A stretch of 63,614 nt of DNA, filler included, from Choristocarpus tenellus KU-1152 (Eukaryota > Protista > Phaeophyceae), in the NCBI GenBank assembly GCA_964200185.2. It is 8 parts of 8 records of this genome, joined end to end, with 100 filler letters (N's around TTAATTAATTAA, not from the genome) between each part and the next. Parts side by side here need not be neighbours in the genome. Positions count along the whole stretch, not along the records: positions 43,440 to 54,743 come from CAXNAD020002397.1; positions 54,844 to 60,850 come from CAXNAD020009186.1; positions 60,951 to 63,614 come from CAXNAD020025834.1; 5 more parts are not named here. The stretch is one strand, 5' to 3'. The position numbers and the translations under genes were made by a program. A model generated the notes under the pieces. That model did no database searches. It was not told where the DNA came from and was given only the letters and a program-made list of their open reading frames with translations. Of this stretch, positions 52,479 to 63,614 are shown in pieces (position 1 is the first letter of the stretch; each line of letters starts with the position of its first letter).

Positions 52479-53759
52479 GTTTCTGTGCCTTGATTGTTCC
52501 ACTAACACTATGATACTTTGTCCCGCATGTAATGTGTGTCACTATTTGTATCTGCTTTTGTGGGCGCTGCTTTCATGATATGTTGCATATGGGACACAGC
52601 ATTTTTGTTCGTTGTTGGTCCAATACTCTAGGCTATCATACCTCAGCAATGCTAGATGTATTTAGTACAGTACTCAATGTGAATCCAGGAAACCTGCCGA
52701 GAGTGCACTGTACTACACTGCTTTTGGCAAGTGCTTCGGTAGATCCTAGAAAGTAGTTCAGCTCCTTCAGTCTGGATCCATGACTTCACTGAAAGAGGGA
52801 GGCGTGATTTTTCTGCTTCTTGATACTAAGAAATGCACTGAGTGATTTGGTTAAAGTGGGAGGTAGCATTGCTGGCGATGCGAACCAGTTTTATCTTACC
52901 AGGTTTTTGTTGTGTGAGGGTGTTTGTAAGCAGCAGTGCGGTAGAGCCACAATAGGCTGTTTCATATCGTTCGATGCGTGGGAAAACGTTCGGAGCCATT
53001 TCCTGTATGTTATCCATGGTTGAGACAATGCACGAGTTCAACTTCCATGTGACACCTGTTGTCCGGAGAGCAGGCAGGGGAATTTCCTCCGAAACACCTG
53101 TGGTTCGGAACGTGTTTTTGTCGTGTGGAATGAAAAAACGTTATGTTGGGTTATTCGAGTATTATGTTTCTTTGGTGTATATGGGCATACGTTTCATTGT
53201 GCTTGCCATGTGGAATTTACAAAACCGTGTTTCCTCGAAAAGATGTATGGTGTCTGGAGGGTTCAAACCTCGGAAGGAACACTTTACCATTGGGCTGCGA
53301 GATTGAGGTGTATACGTAACGCCACCAATCTTCTGGAATACTGCAATATGTGTCGTGTGGTTAATGTGAACGTTGTGTTGCCTGCACGATTGTTAAAAAT
53401 GTATCATTTCTTCACTTTAGGTTGGGGAATTTCCCGACCTGTGGTCAGAGGCACTGCACACTGTGCTACAGCTCATGCTACCGCTACCACATTTAACTGT
53501 TGGACAATGACTAATTGTGCTGTACTGCCTCCGTACCTTGCTTCATGAGTGCTGGATTCGTCATCCCAGTGGTTGCTGCTCTACTTCTTGACTCTTGTGC
53601 CAAACTTGCCTCTGCATAGCTTCACAATATATAGCTTTGCCGCCTTCTTTAGGTCTCCTCGCATTTTTGTGGTATAGCAACAGACGGTATAGTTGAGGCG
53701 TACAATCCTTAGGTTGCCACACGTACTTTGGATAATCGAAATCACATTTCTGTGAAAAG

Positions 53760-54743
53760 AGAATGTATTAAGAGTACCTCAAACAAGTTCACTTCTGCCA
53801 GGGTCCTTACTATTTGTGGTGCCTTGCTGGCGCACCTGGTACCCTTTAGCAGCACTTTGATCATAATTGATATCGCTTGAAGAATAGATAGATGAGGCGA
53901 CAAGCATACAATCACAAGTACAAGAACAGCCATGCTTTTGTTGTTAACAGCTCATCGCAAGGAAGAGTCCGTCTCATCGCAACGGCCAAGGTCAAGGCGC
54001 CGAACGTAAATTTAATTGTGGAAGAAAGAAAAATGGTTCTAATTCCAACACAAAAGGTTTCGAGAAGATTCCTTGTGAGAGATGCGGTAAGCATGGACAT
54101 GAGAAGACAGTTTGCCCAAACCGCATTTCGCCCAATGTGGTGGACTTGCCCATGATGCTGCAGCATGCGCTTCGGTATTCATGACTGCTGTGGAGTCGGA
54201 GAAAGAAGAGATCGAGACCGAGGCGAATCCTTCCCACGTCACTATGGAAATTATCACCAGCTGTGGCGACAACGAGCGATACGCACTACTGGCCGTCACT
54301 GAAGACTCTCCGAGCAGCAATGCTCCAGGCAAGTGTGGGGAAAACGAATGTTTGGTGTCAAGTGTTGGGGTTGGCCGTGAGAAAGAAGAATGGATTTTGG
54401 ACAGTGCAATGGTACTTCCTCTCGGGCCATGTGTTCGCGGTCTGATAACGGGGGGGGATTTTATGAGGATGCTTTCGGCGTTCTTTGTCGTGACCGTGGG
54501 ATAAGACAGGAGTTCACACCTGCAGACAGCCCTCATCTGAACGAATGCTGGGTATTATTGATGAAGCTTCATTAGCTGCCCGCCTTCAAGCTCTACTACC
54601 TTTTCCCCATGTTACTATCCCCAAGACCGACTCCCTATGGGCTGAAGCTCAACACTATGTTTGTGACTCGCTCACTCGCACATTGACCACGGCTAACCTT
54701 GGTTGTAAATCACCACATGAAATGTGGTATGGCACCCCTGCAC
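53760..54743 (+). mobile_element. Internally deleted Ty1/Copia gag-protease-integrase fragment
   Basis: Zinc knuckle CERCGKHGHEKTVC, second knuckle CGGLAHDAAAC, protease EEWILDSA, then almost at once integrase RSDNGG..F..LCRDRGIRQEFTPADSP and LWAEA...TTANLGCKSPHEMWYG; cut by the linker. Confidence 0.9.
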
Positions 54744-54843
54744 NNNNNNNNNNNNNNNNNNNNNNNNNNNNNNNNNNNNNNNNNNNNTTAATTAATTAAN
54801 NNNNNNNNNNNNNNNNNNNNNNNNNNNNNNNNNNNNNNNNNNN
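54744..54843. other. Artificial contig linker
   Basis: 44N-TTAATTAATTAA-44N. Confidence 0.98.
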
Positions 54844-55166
54844 TGATTGTAGTTGATGTGGTGATGGCGAACTAGTGAAAGTAACGTCCAGAACGTAACA
54901 GACCGATCAACAGTCAGCGTTGACTGGTGAGACTGTATCGTATCAAGGAACAAACAGATGAGTAGCCTATGTTTTAACAGCCGCCCTCTACAGTCCCAAG
55001 CAGACTCGTTAGGACTCTTACGGTCACCCTCCAGAATTGTTTGGACTCGATCTCTCTCTTGCCTGGTGGTAGTTTGCAGCTAGTTGTACTCCCAAGGAGA
55101 AAGGTTACCTCCAAGGGCCGTAGCAGTTTTGGTCGGCTATATACTGTGAGAGGGGCGAGGGTTGAC

Positions 55167-55425
55167 GAGTGAAAGTATCTTAGAGGGTACTAGGTTTGCC
55201 CTGTTTGTCCATTTGGGGCTTGGCTTACCTCGGATTTTGTTTATGACATTTTCCTACTCCGAAATATTTCGAAGAAGGAAAAATGTGTACGTTATGAAAA
55301 GGTGTGTCCGGAACAAGGATATTGACACTTCCTAACAAACACGATGGCCAAAATTACATCAAAATTGCAACATTGGATTTTGACCCCAAATGGATGCGGC
55401 TCTACCCTCTAAGATACTTTGACTC
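55167..55425 (+). mobile_element. Sola2-like MITE, intact, 259 bp, TSD TGAC
   Basis: TIRs gagtgaaagtatcttagagggta / taccctctaagatactttgactc; perfect 4-bp duplication TGAC (55163-66, 55426-29). Confidence 0.9.
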
Positions 55426-55491
55426 TGACCTCACCCTCACCGGATGATAGAGATGCAACATTGTATTTCTCGGAACTGGTTGTAGGCTCAC

Positions 55492-55566
55492 CTCATCATG
55501 ACCATAACCCTGTCCCAGCAGGAGGAGGAAGGAAAGCACCAACGCCCCCCACCGCCAGATATCCAT
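55492..55566 (-). CDS. First exon of a secreted or membrane protein (signal peptide)
   Basis: MDIWRWGALVLSFLLLLGQGYG-HDE followed by a GTGAGC donor; downstream exons not identified, probably beyond the contig. Confidence 0.6.
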
Positions 55567-57489
55567 TTTGCAGTTGAAGATCCGCCAAATTTGGGATTGG
55601 TTTGGACTCGACGTGCCAAAGCCTGTGTGACTGGTCAACATTCTATGCGTCATCTTCGCGTTAACATGGGTTTGTTTGAGGTTTGATGGTTTGACAGTTT
55701 TTAGAAAAAGAGTTTAATGTAGATCTTATTGATGTGCAACAATACGTGCATGATATTGTGTGTGTGTCCACGCATGGGATGGACATCGCTGTAGCACAAT
55801 CCCGGGTTGCTGTATTGCCTCTACTCTCCTATCTACCATGATATAGAACACACATGTTAAGGGTTTGCTTCATCCAACGCTTTAATCTCATGTGTGAGGT
55901 AGATTAAGAGTTGGTTGGGTTGAACAAAGATGAAGTCCGTTGGAGACCCGTGTAGCAATGCCTCAACTTCATATCACGGGACCCCCGCCCAAGTGTCTTG
56001 GAGAAGCAGTGGACCTGCAGGGCGGGATGCACAAGAAACAAGGAAGAGCTGGACGAATGAAAGGGCGACTCGGTCTGCACATGCCTCAAGACCTTCGGAA
56101 CGGCTGACAACCTCATTGGCATCTGTTTGAGGTCCACTAAGAGAGCAGTATGATAGAAGTGAGAAAACCTCAAGTTTTCTAAGATTGCTAAAATTTGGAT
56201 ACGGTCCACTCTTTTCACCCTTCCTATCATATTTTGTACTCCGGAGTACATCTAGGTCGGGGACGAGCAAAAGATTGTGTAAACTGTAACGAGGAGGCAG
56301 AGGTCATAAGTTTGGCCTGGTGGCTTGAGCCAACCTGCTGTACATTGCTAATCAGCTTGCCCTTGCTACAACTATGTATCAGATCTTACTCCAGGACTAC
56401 AATGCATAAGAAAAGGAGACTGGCAAAGGTTCCAAACTGCTTGTAATGGAACAACAGCCAACCTCCTGGACGTGATTTGAGCGCAGTGAGTATTCCCATT
56501 CCGCACAGTAGTGTTGAGCCTGTAAATGCGTCACTTTACTGCAGGGGTGTTGGATTTTATTTCTCCCATCCAAGGTGTCAGTTCTTTGCTGCGGTTGGGT
56601 GCCTCGGGCCTCTTGGCTGCGGTAGCTCTTGAGTGGATGATAGGGGTGGTTTTTGTGACAAGAAGAGGGTTATGTGCCAGATATGGTCAAGGTCAAACCT
56701 TTGGCGGCAGTCACGGCTGTTGATAGTGGTGATTCCCAAGCCGTAAGGGCTCAGAATCTGATGCTCCGATAGTTTTTGTGGGGAATATGGGCAGGTTGCA
56801 ATCACTCGAGGGGGGACGGGGACATAATGCAGTGGATAGGAGGCGACCTGATCCTGCCACGGAGACGAGAGAGAATTGCAGAGAGGAATGATGAAGGACG
56901 GTGCTGGGTACGGGCTCGTGTAAGTGCCTAATAGTCAGAGGTCCTGAATTCGAGCGGCAGTTGCTGCCCCATTGAACCTAGATGCGATAAGGATCACAGC
57001 AAGTTACTATTCAATCTGAAGCAAGTGCGGCAGGTTGCCACACATCTTGAGGATTCAAGAGTATTTCACCACCTCCTCCTGAGCGCTGCTGAGAATCAAG
57101 GGTCCAGGGGCTGTGTGTTGGCCCCAGCATCTGTGTCTGTTGTGTAATTGTGTAGGCTCCGGGACAGTAAGAAAATTATTTCCTTCCAAGCTCCCGTGGT
57201 GTGGAGGTACCTACGAAGAGGACGAGAGGTCATATCCTCAAACGGACTCCTTTCCAGGTTTGTGGGAGGCAGCAAGTGGAGTATGGGTGCATCCTCTTTT
57301 CCTGGGGACTGGAATATTGTGCAGTTCCAATATGTTGTCTAGACTCTCAAGTCCTCTACTGACAATGTTTCCTACATCTTTGGCACGCTTTATTGGCTAA
57401 TCCACATTGTTAGCTACCGCTGCTCCTCCCCATCCTTATCCCTAGCGTACCGTACACACAACAACCCGTGCCCTTCAATTGTGGGTAGT

Positions 57490-57747
57490 GAGTGGAAATA
57501 TCTTAGAGGGTACGAGTTTTGCCCTGTTTGTGCATTTGGAGTTTGACTTCCCGTGGGTTTTTTGTGATATTTTTCCGCTCCAAAATGTTTCGGAGTAGGT
57601 CAACTATGTATGTTACGAAAAGGTGCGTCCGAAACAAGGATACTGACACTTCCAAACAAACAAGGTAGCCAAAATTACATCAAAATCGCAATATTGGATT
57701 TTGGCCCCCAAATGATCTCGGCTCTATCATCTAAGACACTTTGACTT
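57490..57747 (+). mobile_element. Sola2-like MITE, 258 bp, TSD TAGT
   Basis: Same TIRs, slightly diverged; TAGT at 57486-89 and 57748-51. Confidence 0.88.
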
Positions 57748-57759
57748 TAGTGGCACTCT

Positions 57760-59400
57760 CTAACTTATCATGAAATGGCTGGCGTTGTTCAGATGGCTGC
57801 AAGTTTCCTGGGCTAGGGTCTGTTAATGAATGCTATGCCTGTCTCTAGGAAGGACACCCAAAGGCTGTAGTGGTGATGCACATGTGCCTCAAGGAATTGA
57901 CAGGGCGATGAGTGTATGTTGTTTTTCGCAGGGGATGCCACTGTAAACAGCACCAGCAGTACGTACAGCCCAACCTACATCTGTCCAAAATTCCTGTCTG
58001 TGTGACCTAGACTATGTGTCAGACGGATGCCGAGCCATGACTGGATAAAGAGTTTTCATGTAGAAAGGTCTGTGTATTACCCCTCACAAAGAGTTGTAGG
58101 CACCTGATGCACTGACTGGAGGTGTAGGTTAGGGCATGGTTCTCAGTCCGAGGGCTGTAAGGATTAAAGAAAGTGGTTTACTGTGCTTCAGTGACAAAGA
58201 CTGCAAGGCCACTCACTTATAGTGTATGTGAAATGCTGTAGCCTGCTCTCCAGATAAACCTGTTGTATACTCAAGCACTCTTGAAAAAGCTACGGTGGCA
58301 CTCTATGTAGCATTGTACCATGGTTTGTAGTTCTGGACAGGGCTCTGTGGTGTTACGCAGATTGATACCGGATTTGGGGGTATGTGAGATGGCACGGTGT
58401 CCAGATACTGCTCCCCGGTTTGCAAATAGAGCAGAAGCCAGAACTTTGTGACCGATTGGTATTGCACAAGACTTGGTACGGCTACATCTCTTAGGTAGTT
58501 GTGCTGGCGTGTGCTGGAGGATAGGGTTGTGGCTGACTGTTTCCTACTGGAGTATTTGTTTTGTTTAATTTATTCCTCTTGACAAAACTAGAAATAATGG
58601 ACTGGGCTGGGTATCATACACCACGTACTGTAGAAGATGCAGGCTCTGTATTCCTGAGGGATTGCAAAATGAAAGACCAACACAGCTCTACCACTTCCAC
58701 GTTATTAGTAGAAGCAGTCCTAGGGTGGTTCTCTTCAGTTGGGCCACATCACTTAGGCCAGTTAACCCTCCCCTTTTGAGGAAGGAATATGGATGACAGG
58801 AGTGTGTGATACAGATTGAAATTCAAGGGGGGTGGTTGTTATTCTTCCAACACTACAGACTGTTGTAGTTTGCTGGAGAGACTGGAGACTGCTACAGAGG
58901 GGTTCTTGAGGACAGTGGTGTGATAGCAGTGCATGCATGGTGTGTGTGATGGTGTACGCCAAGCACTTCGAGAATGATTGGAATAATACATGACTTTGCC
59001 AGTTGCACCTTCTAGGTACCAGTTGGTGGTGCTGGTGTGTGTATCGTAGTACTTTGAGGTAGTGGTACATTAATGGTAGTATAGGGATGTGTGCCTGTGT
59101 ATGGCCGGTTTCTGACTGTTCTTTCATATCTTCTTTTGTTGTGTTCCCAACTTGTATTCACTCACTGAATGATTATAGGGTAGAATCCCCTTAGGTGGAT
59201 CTTGGACAAATTTTTGTTTCTAGGAATTGGACCTCCTTGGTAATTGCAAGAGGTATATGTGGTCTGTCCGTAGGTCAACAGAGAGTCAGACAAAGAAAGG
59301 CCACTGGACTGCTCAGGCAGACCAGGCTATAGCCATCATTCCTAAACTTGAGCTAGCAGTTCTGCCCTGTGTTTCCCCATCTAATTTTCCTAGTCCCTTG
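57760..59400 (-). mobile_element. Very degenerate LINE relic
   Basis: Minus-strand HKVLASALFANR...HRAISH (~58390-58455, cf. YKILAKILANRL...I..Q); strongly CpG-depleted. Confidence 0.3.
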
Positions 59401-60563
59401 GAAACAAACTGGACCACTTCTGTGTAAAACATTACCAAACACATACACAAACCAAGCTAACTAACATCACAAGTAGTCACAAGGGGTAGAGCAATTCCAG
59501 CTTATAATAAGCACTGATGGATCAACTCTTGACAGTAGTAGCAACGCCCCCTTTCTCCTTCATCTCAAGAAGATCCATGGCTAGTGTATATAACCAATGC
59601 GGCCACATTCCATTCTATCGTTTGCATGAAGTGCCGCCAATGAAGCAAAATGAGTTTTTCCAGAGTACAGAAAAACCCAATTGGAGACACAACCATGATT
59701 GAAGTACACGTTTTGCTCTAAACTCTTGTATTGGTATAGATTTGCCTTCTCAATATGGGAGATGTTTGTTGTATGATTATGTAGTACAATCAGGGTTTAC
59801 CTAGGCACACAGATGTGCTTATGACAGTTGTTCTCTCTACAGTTGTCTACATCAAGTCGATTTAACACATCAAGTACAATCAACATGTTCCACCATCCTT
59901 GCATTTATCATGTACATCACTTCAGGTTCCCCAGCTTCACAGGATAAAACGATTACATTGTATGTAAGAATGGTTTTCAGAGCCATGTGCTATTCATTTA
60001 GGGTCAACATCGTATGATGCCACCTAACTACTTGACATACATACATTCAGAATATCCTGGTCATCACCAACAGCGAACAAGAACTATAATTCTTTGTTGA
60101 ATATTCCAGCCCTACTCTTGAAACTTCTCCCTCCCAACACAAGATAGCACCCCAAAATCCAGTGGGTTACACAGAAGGCAATGGGCTATTCTGTACCTGA
60201 ACTAATCCCACCAAGAGTGGAAATGGCAATTCCCACCACAGCTGCTCTCGTTTGTAACAGTCCACACAACCAAATACCAAATCACCCCTCTTTCAGCACA
60301 AACAAGTCTGTGGCAGGGCCTTATCCTCTCAAATGTAACATCATCCAGCATGACTAAGAGCAGACCTTGAACTTGCCGTATCCTCTATTAAACCTTCACC
60401 TTCACAAAGCTCTCATCTAGAAAACAAACGACCTCTCTTTTCCTCTGCAAGAGTTCAGTCCTACTAACAGACAGCATTTTCCCATCATCCCACACATGCC
60501 ACCATTCATGGCACAACTCTTCAACACTACCAACAACATTAATACACTTCATAGACTTGCCAA

Positions 60564-60824
<261 letters not shown>

Positions 60825-60850
60825 TTAGAGTCATGCCAACATTGAGGGGG

Positions 60851-60950
60851 NNNNNNNNNNNNNNNNNNNNNNNNNNNNNNNNNNNNNNNNNNNNTTAATT
60901 AATTAANNNNNNNNNNNNNNNNNNNNNNNNNNNNNNNNNNNNNNNNNNNN
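60851..60950. other. Artificial contig linker
   Basis: 44N-TTAATTAATTAA-44N. Confidence 0.98.
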
Positions 60951-61754
60951 CCCCCCTTCCCCCTGTATGGACTCTGATGAGGAACATGTATTGATAGGGT
61001 TAGGGTTTAGTCATTGGTACAGTATGAATATCAAAGATTACCAGCATGGTGTATATGGACTCAACACATTCCATTGGAGGTATACCTTCTAGTGTCGCTT
61101 CTGGACAGCAGCAATTCCCCATTTGTTGGGGGGATTTTGTTGTTGAAATTATCTGTCCATGCTATTGTATGGACCTTTTTTTAGCACATTGCCTCTTGAT
61201 GCATGTTGATGTATATTGATGTATATTGATGTATATTCTCCCGTGGATGGTGTGAAAACCTGCTGATTATGTTGTATGTTGTTGATGTTGTGGTGTGTTT
61301 GGATGCTGTTCAGGTGTCTGTGGTGGACTATGTCTCTGGCAGAGTACTTCATCGAATCAAGCACAAGGTATCTATCATGGAGGAGGGGGGAGAGGGTGGA
61401 GTCTTGACTGGAGACTTGACAAGAGTATAAGAAATAAAATTTAGGAGTGGAGTGGGATTTTTTTATTTTAACATGTGAAGAGAATTTGGAGTATCTGCAT
61501 TGTTGTCAAACATCATTATCATTCTTTTTAATTTTGAGTATTACTAATATTTTTATTCTCATTATTTCTAATATTGTTATTATTATATTATAAAGTTGTA
61601 GAAGAATCTTTTTGTGTGATGTATCAGGACTGAAGAAGAAAAGGACCTTGAATTTTGTAGCTGTCTTTTTTAGATATGAAGGATTGGAGTAGGTGTTTTG
61701 ATCTGAGTGGTGTTCCTTTTTTGGAGGGGGGATATTTGGGTTGATCTTGGTATG

Positions 61755-61894
61755 TTTACTTGGAATTAGTATAGTGTTTCCCTTTACTTGGAATTAGCAT
61801 AGTGCTTTCCTCTACTTGGAATTAGTATAGTGTTTCCCTTTACTTGGAATTAGTATAGTGTTTCCCCCTACTTGGAATTAGCATAGTGCTTTCC
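61755..61894 (+). repeat. 28-bp minisatellite x5
   Basis: Unit tttacttggaattagYatagtgYttYcc, head-to-tail, no spacers; variants in order A-B-A-A-B. Confidence 0.92.
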
Positions 61895-62532
61895 TTTTCA
61901 TCTACATTTTTCTTTTTTTGTGATGTATTACGATGTATGTTTATTCTTTTTTTCAGGGTACTGTTCTTGGATCATTCCTTGTGTGTATTTCATTGTTATT
62001 GTTACAGATGTCAATAAATGTAACAATTGTGTGTTACAGTCCTGACCCTAACGCTATCTCAACTGTATATTTTTTATGATGTCAAAAATGTTTGTATCTA
62101 TAGTATAGTATAGTGTATACTGGTATTACTCTGCAGGCCTAATCCTAACCCTAAGAATGAATATCCCTCACCCTCAATTAAGGCATTCTCTTTTTAAAGA
62201 CTGTTGCATTTTTTTTGAAAAAAAAATCTTCCAAAAATAAAATGAAATTATGTATGATGGATTTTTTTCTCCTCTTAATCTCTATCATACTATTTTGATA
62301 CATTCCACCGTAGTACCATGTTCAGCTATCTTGACAATCCTATCTAAACTGGGAGTATTCAAACTCAACAATAGAATTAACCCTACTTTCTATACGTACT
62401 ATTTGAATTCATTTATATCATACTATTTTAAGACTACCTCTTTTTTAAAAGTACATTGTCATCTATCTCTGTATGTATGTCTGTATGTATATATGTGCTG
62501 TGTCCCCTTCTGATCCCCTTATGTTCCTCCAG

Positions 62533-62679
62533 TATGCTTCGGAGCCAGTGCACATGGTGGTTTCTGAGTCTTGGGTGGTATACACGTACTGGAATTCCTT
62601 TGCCCTGAGGACAGAGATGTCCTCTCTCAGTCTCTATGAGGGAATGATCGACAAATATGGACTCAGTCCCTTCAACAGA
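62533..62679 (+). CDS. EMC1: ER membrane protein complex subunit 1, internal exon (C-terminal DUF1620 region)
   Basis: YASEPVHMVVSESWVVYTYWNSFALRTEMSSLSLYEG matches EMC1 PVH.V.SENWVVY.YWN....R.E...L.LYEG; ccag acceptor, gtacgt donor. Confidence 0.85.
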
Positions 62680-63139
62680 GTACGTTCACCAGAGTAACTG
62701 AACAATACTAGTATTTTTATTATTGGTGCTATTGTTTTTTATTTTCATGTTACTGGTGTTTTTATTTATTTGTTAAAGTATGATATACTGTGGTATAATA
62801 TAACACAAAGGGAAGTATAGTGATTGATGTGGATACGTTTCTAGAGGAAAAAAAAATATGTACAAAACATGAAATATTTATGTTTTGTAGCAGTTTCAAT
62901 AAATTAAATTTTAAAATTAATATTCCTAGTATATATTTCTTTTAGTTGACTGTTTTGTCCGTGTTGGGGAAGATAGTGTAGTGTTCTGTGTATGTGTTTG
63001 GGGAGAGGAAAGGACCCTCAAAATTTCATTCTGAGACCAATGCTGAAAACCTAGCATGCATTATATATGTACATACAGGTTTTATTTTTATTTATTTTCC
63101 CTATGTGTTGGTCAGATTAGCACATAGTCCTTTTGTCTG

Positions 63140-63160
63140 TTAGGGTTAGGGTTAGGGTTA
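63140..63160 (+). repeat. Interstitial (TTAGGG)3.5
   Basis: Directly visible. Confidence 0.85.
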
Positions 63161-63453
63161 CTTAATAAGTTAAGTTTCATGTTGGGCTTTAATGTAGTCA
63201 ACACAATGTCATAGTGAAGCTCACACCACAGGCTGATCTGGCTTCAAAAAGGAATTGTTGCTCAAAATGAAATATCCTGAGTCCAATATCCAATATTTGG
63301 AGTTGCCAAAAATTGTCACACTTGTGTACAATCTGAAACGAATTCTATATATTTTTTCTTGGACAAGAGGATGGGCTTTCCTAATTGATTGTGTGTGTTT
63401 TTTATAATGATTGGAAGGTTACAGGTAGGGACACTTGTCCTTCTAGACCCCAT

Positions 63454-63481
63454 GAAGAAGAAGAAGAAGAAGAAGAAGAAG
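63454..63481 (+). repeat. (GAA)n microsatellite
   Basis: Directly visible; (AG)n at ~48378-48405 and (AC)n at ~48636-48664 also occur in transporter introns. Confidence 0.9.
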
Positions 63482-63614
63482 CAATCTTCCTCATAACCTT
63501 AAAACCTGTTGCTATTATAATTTTTGAATTTGAAAATTGATAGTCAAACTTTTTTTCCCTTGTGATGCGCATGATACACTGTTGAACTGAAGCCCCCCCC
63601 CCCCCACCTAACCC

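Noticed and set aside
52780-53750. Several overlapping 70-140 aa ORFs between the transporter and the Copia fragment
   Set aside because: No recognisable motif or splice structure; probably decayed TE sequence.
61755-61894. 28-bp repeats as a CRISPR array
   Set aside because: Units are directly head-to-tail with no unique spacers, no cas genes are present, and the context is eukaryotic.

Overview
Intron-rich eukaryotic genomic DNA, most likely a photosynthetic stramenopile (brown alga or close relative; inferred from intron style, TTAGGG tracts and TE types). It is not one locus: seven artificial 100-bp linkers (44N-TTAATTAATTAA-44N) join eight separate contigs, so adjacency across linkers is meaningless. 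Reconstructable host genes are: a complete 9-exon myo-inositol/H+ (INT/HMIT-type) MFS transporter, head-to-head (243 bp) with a 5-exon small multi-pass membrane protein gene; the 3' half of an Xaa-Pro dipeptidase; a GT15 (Kre2/Mnt1-type) mannosyltransferase; the last exon of coproporphyrinogen III oxidase; one EMC1 exon; and a signal-peptide exon. The rest is mostly decayed TEs (Copia, Gypsy/chromovirus with solo LTRs, LINEs), a Sola2-like MITE family with 4-bp TSDs, and a TA-flanked MITE. The most unusual signals are (i) a spliced gene whose exons keep phase-compatible splice sites but carry many stops that revert to Arg/Gln by one T>C change, set in strongly CpG-depleted DNA, and (ii) two AT-rich, intron-less, eroded ORF blocks that may be endogenous viral relics. 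No new biological system can be established from sequence alone; these are the leads.
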